Virus record (IMG/VR): IMGVR_UViG_3300020185_000024
Location: 26,667-90,666 of that record
DNA length: 64,000 bases
Source: a virus
Direction: 5' to 3' (one strand)
Positions 58,795 through 64,000 of this stretch are shown here, in pieces (position 1 is the stretch's first letter; each line of letters starts with the position of its first letter). The translations under genes and the position numbers were made by a program. The notes under the pieces were generated by a model. The model saw nothing but the letters and a program-made list of their open reading frames with translations, was not told where the DNA came from and did not search any database.

Positions 58795-58985
58795 GTTATA
58801 AAATCTTTTCTAACAGATTTACCTAAAGATTGATCATTAGGTATCTGCTTTATTCTACTTTCAAGTTCTTTATTAGCTTCATATAACTTATCATAATAAG
58901 CTAATATTTGTTTTTGTCTTACTGTAGGTTCTGTAAATACTACATGTCCGCCATCAGGATGATGTACTTTTGTTTTTTTCATCAT
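58782..58985 (-). CDS. Hypothetical protein
   Basis: ORF with a C-terminal PNDQSLGKSVR motif. Confidence 0.55.
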   Translation of the reverse strand: MMKKTKVHHPDGGHVVFTEPTVRQKQILAYYDKLYEANKELESRIKQIPNDQSLGKSVRKDFITWEV

Positions 58986-59003
58986 TTTTTAATTTTTTTA
59001 TGT

Positions 59004-59035
59004 AAAAAAGCCCCAGAACTAGAAAGTTCCAGGGC
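59004..59035 (-). terminator. Rho-independent terminator after RNR
   Basis: Minus strand GCCCTGGAACT-ttct-AGTTCTGGGGC-TTTTTT. Confidence 0.8.
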
Positions 59036-59109
59036 ATAACTTATGTCTCTACTTGCTTTGAATATATATTGAATATATCCAGCAAGGTAATCCTAAATAA
59101 CTGTACATC

Positions 59110-60975
59110 TTAAGTAATTTCACAACTTCCGCCACTGCAAGCCAAAGATTCTTTAAGGTCCGTATTATCTTGTTCTTCTACTACATTAGTTAAATCAATA
59201 GCATGTAATTGAGATTCAAGGTTATCGTATTCTTCTTTTGATATTTCTTCAAAAGGAGCTTGTTTGTAAGTATGATCAGAAAAAGGTAAAACAGATAAAC
59301 CATTATAGTGTTCTCTATTTGACCACATCCAACTTCCTACTATTCCCCATTCTGAATCTTTAATAGATATTGTAGCAGATACATTATGCGTATTCTGTCC
59401 ATCAGAATGTCCAGGATTTACCCATTCTTGAGAAACTTGTTTAACTCTTTCTAAAAAATCCAATGCTGTTTCTGATTCTCTAGTAGTTGCTCCTTCTGGT
59501 GCAGCTTGAGGAATAGATATAACAGCTTGAATATCAGGGTTAAAGTAGTCATCTTCTACTAATTCAGGGTGATTATTAAGCAGATAAGAATAAATAGCTT
59601 CATCTTTGCCGACTCTTATTCTACGAATATAATACTCTGAATGCCATGCATGAATACCGCTAGAGGAACCCACAACTAAAGAAGTAGTTCCTGAAGGTTT
59701 AACAGCAGTTCTTCTAGCAGCAGAATTAATGTTAATAATTTCTGCTACTCTTACATTCTCTTCTTCTACTAAATTAGAAGCTTCTTCTATATTGTAGTTA
59801 AAAATGTTATTAGAAGCTATACCTGTCATAGATACTCCAATAAGAGCGTCTTTTTCAGTAGTCTTCTTCCATTTTTCTCTCAAATAATGAAAGTCAGTAT
59901 AACCTGCTTGTAAAGTAGCTATAAAACTAGCTGCTTTAGCTCTATTATTGTAGTCTTCTTGAGATTCAATAGTAGAAGCATTGATTTCAACTAAATTACA
60001 GAATTGAAAAGGTCTTAGAGCAATCTCACAACAAGGATTAGTTCCCCAATCTTTATCGTTAGTCCAATAAATGCCTGGTTCTCCAGATCCAGAATCTTTA
60101 ATTCTTTCCCAAATACCATTAAAAAAGTCTTTATTAGCTCTATGTCTAAGTAATACAGCAGAGTTATTAGCTCTACCTCTTTGAGGATTTAATTCCCACC
60201 AATTACCAGACTTACAACTAAGCATAGCAGAGTCATCAGCAGAGAATAAGCTAATCATAGCTGCTCTTCTGATACCACCTGCTAAAACAGCATCTGCCAA
60301 GTGACACATTATATCATGAGCTTCTAAAGGAGTAAGTTTACTACCTTCTTCTTTCTCATTTAATAGTGCAGTTACTTTAGTTATGCATATTTTTAATGGT
60401 TCTGGGCCAGGTGCTTTACCTCCAGAAGTAACTAATTCAGTACCTTTAGACCTAATATCACTAAAATCAAATCTTACAGTAGAAGAATTTCCGTCAAAGT
60501 ATGTCTTCATTAACACTTTAACAGCATCTGCCCAACCTTCTATAGAATCTCCAACTACAAATCTTCTAGTCCTGTTAGGATTAGGTTTTCTGATTTCTGG
60601 AAGCTTATCTACATGATGATTTTGAACAGAATATCCTACCCCTGTACCACCTAATAATAAAAACATAGTTTCACTAAATGCATAATAACTATCAACTGGA
60701 AGATAAGCACAATTGTATATCCTACTTGGATTTACATCTATTGACTTACCTGCAAATTGCATAGAACGCATGCTTGGTAATACTTTCTTAGGAATTACAT
60801 ATTCGTTATATATTTCTTCAATTTCATTTGATAAAGAAGGATACTTGGATTGGTGCATAGTCTTATTTCTAAAACATAGCTCTTCCCAAGTTTCTCTTCT
60901 TTTTAATTCTGGAATATAACGAGCATATTTCATATGCACTGTTATATCAGATAAAATACTAATAGAGTTATTCAT
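59110..60975 (-). CDS. nrdJ: Class II (adenosylcobalamin-dependent) ribonucleotide reductase
   Basis: YNCA, TNPCCEI (thiyl Cys), VKPSGT, GLSVLP instead of class I YY, C-terminal CSGGSC; no ATP cone; no nrdB in the window. Confidence 0.85.
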   Translation of the reverse strand: MNNSISILSDITVHMKYARYIPELKRRETWEELCFRNKTMHQSKYPSLSNEIEEIYNEYVIPKKVLPSMRSMQFAGKSIDVNPSRIYNCAYLPVDSYYAFSETMFLLLGGTGVGYSVQNHHVDKLPEIRKPNPNRTRRFVVGDSIEGWADAVKVLMKTYFDGNSSTVRFDFSDIRSKGTELVTSGGKAPGPEPLKICITKVTALLNEKEEGSKLTPLEAHDIMCHLADAVLAGGIRRAAMISLFSADDSAMLSCKSGNWWELNPQRGRANNSAVLLRHRANKDFFNGIWERIKDSGSGEPGIYWTNDKDWGTNPCCEIALRPFQFCNLVEINASTIESQEDYNNRAKAASFIATLQAGYTDFHYLREKWKKTTEKDALIGVSMTGIASNNIFNYNIEEASNLVEEENVRVAEIININSAARRTAVKPSGTTSLVVGSSSGIHAWHSEYYIRRIRVGKDEAIYSYLLNNHPELVEDDYFNPDIQAVISIPQAAPEGATTRESETALDFLERVKQVSQEWVNPGHSDGQNTHNVSATISIKDSEWGIVGSWMWSNREHYNGLSVLPFSDHTYKQAPFEEISKEEYDNLESQLHAIDLTNVVEEQDNTDLKESLACSGGSCEIT

Positions 60976-61112
60976 TACAAATACTAAAATTTAAATAGTT
61001 AAAAAGGGCTGTAAAAATAATACTCTTTTTTCATTTAACATCTATTTGTCGTCAAAATCTCTTATTTTTTAAGATAATTTTTATATCTTTTTTGTATTTT
61101 ACTTAAAATAAG

Positions 61113-61652
61113 CTATTTTCCTGTACTTCCAAATCCGTTTTCTCCTCTTTCAGTATCAGATAATTCATCAACTTCTTCAAATTCAATTTGAGGATAAGGA
61201 ATTATCATTAATTGACAGATTCTATCTCCAACACCATAAATAGAAGATTCTACTATATTGTCTCTAGCTTCATCTGTTGCAAAATCATAATGTAAAAATA
61301 CTCCTTTTTCTAGATTTCTTTCAAATCCTGTATAATCGTCTGTTGCTGACCAATAAGGCTTTGTTAATCTAAAAGAAGCTTTAATTTCGCCTCTATAACC
61401 AGAATCAATGACTCCTACATGGTTACTAAGCATTAAGTCTTTTTTTCTAATAGAGCTTCTAGGAAATATTAATCCTACATATCCTTTAGGGATTTCTATT
61501 GAAAGACCTGTAGAATAATCTATAGTGTCTGTTTTAGAATTATAACTTACTTCAGTAGTAGTTAAATCCATACCTGCATCTCCATCTTTAGCATAAGAAG
61601 GTACTATAGCATTTAACGTTAATCTTTTAATTTTTATTTTCATTCCATTCAT
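61113..61652 (-). CDS. dut: Trimeric dUTPase with long insertion
   Basis: Motifs 1-5: AGMDL, PRSS, GVIDSGYRGEI, GDRICQL, RGENGFGSTG. Confidence 0.93.
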   Translation of the reverse strand: MNGMKIKIKRLTLNAIVPSYAKDGDAGMDLTTTEVSYNSKTDTIDYSTGLSIEIPKGYVGLIFPRSSIRKKDLMLSNHVGVIDSGYRGEIKASFRLTKPYWSATDDYTGFERNLEKGVFLHYDFATDEARDNIVESSIYGVGDRICQLMIIPYPQIEFEEVDELSDTERGENGFGSTGK

Positions 61653-61875
61653 AGGAGTATAATTTATATGTGTCTTTATTAAATTGACTTTTAAATTCTT
61701 TAGATATAGATTTAGGATTCCTTAAATCGTCTACAGATAAAGTCATTACTTTTATTTCTTTACTAGGAGTTATCAATTCTAATTGTATAGGAACATTAGC
61801 ATTTATAGCTTTTCTTACAGTATGATCTCTAATATCTCCGCAACCTCTGAAAAGTTTCTTAATTTTTACTGTCAA
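61627..61875 (-). CDS. Hypothetical protein
   Basis: ORF overlapping neighbours. Confidence 0.6.
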   Translation of the reverse strand: MTVKIKKLFRGCGDIRDHTVRKAINANVPIQLELITPSKEIKVMTLSVDDLRNPKSISKEFKSQFNKDTYKLYSYEWNENKN

Positions 61876-62266
61876 AACCTAAATCTTTAAGAACTGAAAG
61901 AACTATATCATTTAAATCATTTCCAGAACTTAGAATAACTGCATTTGAAACATCTTCTTTTGAAATTTGGACTTGACCAGCAATTTCTTCTAATTCTTTT
62001 TTTATTTTAGCTTTGAAATGAGGTTTAGATCTTCCATAATAATCCGTACCTATCTCAGAAGCTAATTCTTGAGTAAGATTGTTTTGTTCTTTATGTAATT
62101 TATCAATTTTCTTTTCTACAGCTATTAACTTTTTAAATGTTGCAGATTCGTTACAACCTACCTTAGTAATTGTTTCGTCATCTATATTTATTTGATTGTT
62201 GTGATTATTTACTATTTTCATAATAGTGTTAACCACAGCATCTACTTCATATTTTTTAAGTGCCAT
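61859..62266 (-). CDS. Hypothetical coiled-coil protein
   Basis: ORF track; TAATG coupling. Confidence 0.6.
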   Translation of the reverse strand: MALKKYEVDAVVNTIMKIVNNHNNQINIDDETITKVGCNESATFKKLIAVEKKIDKLHKEQNNLTQELASEIGTDYYGRSKPHFKAKIKKELEEIAGQVQISKEDVSNAVILSSGNDLNDIVLSVLKDLGFDSKN

Positions 62267-63030
62267 TATAATATTTTTTTTATTTTTTGAATTAATTCTT
62301 CAATTGTACCATTATTATCAATAGTATAATCAAAGTCTTTATAATCATCAAGAGCAGTTTCAGAAGGGTGATTGTCAATTTTTAAACATTTTTTACCTTT
62401 TTCGTCGTAAAAGAAATTATTTCTTTCAACTCTAATAATAATACCCCCTTTAGCTTTAATAGCTTCAACCTCATTAGGAAATCTAACATCACTAATTATC
62501 CAAGAAGCTGGCATATTGTTTCCTTTATCATCCCATCTATTTAAAATAGGTTTGCCATAATCAGCAAACAAAGCATTTACCCAAATATTAGGATGGATAA
62601 TTTGTCTACCACATTCTGTACCTATTAATTGAAGAAGTTTTCTAGGTGTAAGCACTTCGTCTTTACAATTACATAGTCCACAAGAATCCATATCACAAAA
62701 CATATTTTTTGTAACTTTCCATTCTTCCCCAAGTTCTTTTTCTTTAAATTCTCTATCTTCTAGTTGTTCTCTAGTACAACCTAATAAAAGACATACTATA
62801 TCTTTAAGTTTATCTGCAAACTTTTTGATTTGGTAGCTTGATTGAGAATTAGACATATTTTCTAATCTTTCTTTAATAAATCTATCTAAAGTATACTCTT
62901 TTACCCAATCTGAGTTAGGTCTATTGTAAGAACTTATGCATTGCAATATCTTACCTACAGTATCTTTACCTGAACCTATTTTTCCAGATATTCCAATTAA
63001 ATTATTTTTCATCGTCCTTCTCTTTTTCAT
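62266..63030 (-). CDS. Deoxynucleoside monophosphate kinase (T4 gp1/T5-like; likely start 63012)
   Basis: P-loop GISGKIGSGKDT, FADKLK, RKLLQLIGTE.GR, ISDVRFPNE, HPSE. Confidence 0.9.
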   Translation of the reverse strand: MKKRRTMKNNLIGISGKIGSGKDTVGKILQCISSYNRPNSDWVKEYTLDRFIKERLENMSNSQSSYQIKKFADKLKDIVCLLLGCTREQLEDREFKEKELGEEWKVTKNMFCDMDSCGLCNCKDEVLTPRKLLQLIGTECGRQIIHPNIWVNALFADYGKPILNRWDDKGNNMPASWIISDVRFPNEVEAIKAKGGIIIRVERNNFFYDEKGKKCLKIDNHPSETALDDYKDFDYTIDNNGTIEELIQKIKKIL

Positions 63031-63163
63031 CTAACTGTCTTTGATCTTTCATCATATCAGCAAGTTCTTCTTCGGCTTCAAAATCAGCTAATCTTCTTTC
63101 AGCTTCATAAGCCTCATCATATGGATTGGATAATCTCCAATCGTCGTAATTTCTACAACTCAT
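63002..63163 (-). CDS. 53-aa acidic protein (MSCRNYDDWRLSNPYDE...), not in ORF track
   Basis: TAATG-coupled to the ung-like stop; 19 of 53 residues are D/E. Confidence 0.65.
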   Translation of the reverse strand: MSCRNYDDWRLSNPYDEAYEAERRLADFEAEEELADMMKDQRQLDEKEKDDEK

Positions 63164-63873
63164 TACCATTTAATTTTAAATTCGGGACCATTAGCTGCTT
63201 CTAAGATCTCGTTAGTTTTACTAAAATGCTTATTTCCGAACCAAGTTCCTTTATTAGCAGATAAAGGAGAAGGAGATCCTGATTCTAATATGTGATTAGT
63301 TTCAGAATTAATAAAAGTTTTATAACTTTTAGCATTGTCTCCCCATAATAACCATATAGTTCCTGGTTTATTTTCTGAAATAGTTTTAACAACATATTCA
63401 ATAAAAGGTTTCCAAAGAATTTTATGTGATCCAGGTTTATTTTCTTCTACTGTTAAAGCTGTATTTAACATTAACACACCTTGTTCGCTCCAATGTTCTA
63501 AAGTATAGTCTATGAAATTTAAGCCGTCATAAAGATCTTGCTCAACTTCTGTGACAATATTTTCTAACAAAGGAGGAAAAGGATTTAAAGAATTAATAAG
63601 ATCATGAGAAACTCCAAATGCTAAACCTGAAGCGTACTTAGGAGTGCAATAAGGAGATTCTCCTAATATAACAACTCTAGTCTCATTCCAAGGAGTATTT
63701 TTAAAAACCTTAAATATGTCAGGTTTTTTAGGATATACAATGGTTTGATTAGATCTAATATTAACTTGAGTTCCTATCTTAAGAAATTCTTCAGTGTGAA
63801 TAAACTCTTTAAGAGGTTCGTACCAAGTATTAAATTTCTCTCGGAATAATTCCTCCAATTGAGTTTGGTTCAT
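63163..63873 (-). CDS. ung: Family-1 uracil-DNA glycosylase homologue with substituted catalytic residues
   Basis: VYP..DIF, VVILGESPY, GLAF, WSEQGVLMLNTALTV, SH..LW, LLWG, SPSPLS, FG.KHFSKTN. Confidence 0.85.
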   Translation of the reverse strand: MNQTQLEELFREKFNTWYEPLKEFIHTEEFLKIGTQVNIRSNQTIVYPKKPDIFKVFKNTPWNETRVVILGESPYCTPKYASGLAFGVSHDLINSLNPFPPLLENIVTEVEQDLYDGLNFIDYTLEHWSEQGVLMLNTALTVEENKPGSHKILWKPFIEYVVKTISENKPGTIWLLWGDNAKSYKTFINSETNHILESGSPSPLSANKGTWFGNKHFSKTNEILEAANGPEFKIKW

Positions 63874-64000
63874 AATTATCTATTTTATATGCGTTTAAAA
63901 ATGTTTCTTCTTTTAATAAAGGAATGCTTAATAATTCAGCATTTTTAGGAAATTGATCTCTATCAACTCTGTCAAATAATTGATTTATTAAAGCTTCTCT
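63830..64000 (-). CDS. 3' end of a hypothetical protein truncated by the window edge
   Basis: Open frame REALINQLFDRV...IIPREI* overlapping the ung start. Confidence 0.55.
   Translation of the reverse strand, partial: REALINQLFDRVDRDQFPKNAELLSIPLLKEETFLNAYKIDNYEPNSIGGIIPREI

Noticed and set aside
58986-59109. Possible tRNA/ncRNA or cobalamin riboswitch near nrdJ (also 60976-61112)
   Set aside because: Only a terminator hairpin and AT-rich sequence are visible; no cloverleaf, T-loop or B12-box could be recognised
60383-60919. Plus-strand ORFs inside nrdJ
   Set aside because: Antisense shadows of a conserved enzyme gene
1-64000. Genome-wide stop-codon reassignment (TAG or TGA), common in Crassvirales
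   Set aside because: All large genes are intact under the standard code and coding density is near complete; TGA and TAG act as real stops (e.g. 6211, 56819)

Overview
This 64 kb window is a very AT-rich, gene-dense segment of a lytic crAss-like (Crassvirales-type) podophage genome. The host is most likely an environmental Bacteroidota (Flavobacteria-like) bacterium, inferred from TAnnTTTG promoters, the lack of Shine-Dalgarno sites and a gene order like Cellulophaga phage phi14:2. The + strand (1-56819) carries small accessory and DNA-binding genes, a GroES-like gene, terminase, portal, scaffold-like protein, major capsid, ring/hub/fibre proteins, a lysis cassette, a metallophosphoesterase, tail ring and muzzle proteins, two cargo proteins and three giant ejection proteins. 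The middle giant is a single-subunit double-psi-barrel virion RNA polymerase (DYDID motif). After a bidirectional terminator, the - strand (56859-64000) holds a nucleotide-metabolism block: phosphatase, class II RNR, dUTPase, dNMP kinase and UNG-like gene. The most unusual observations are: (1) the three giant ejection proteins contain only four cysteines in about 5,550 aa, all at facing termini, which suggests a head-to-tail disulfide chain; (2) a stand-alone PAS-like protein sits between the holin candidate and the endolysin; (3) the UNG homologue has both catalytic residues replaced while its uracil pocket is intact; (4) a cargo protein has GG-motif-delimited segments; (5) the first giant protein carries lysozyme, GNAT and clamp-binding motifs; (6) the spanin-like protein is dense in Bacteroidota O-glycosylation sequons. 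All calls come from manual motif reading; no database searches were run.
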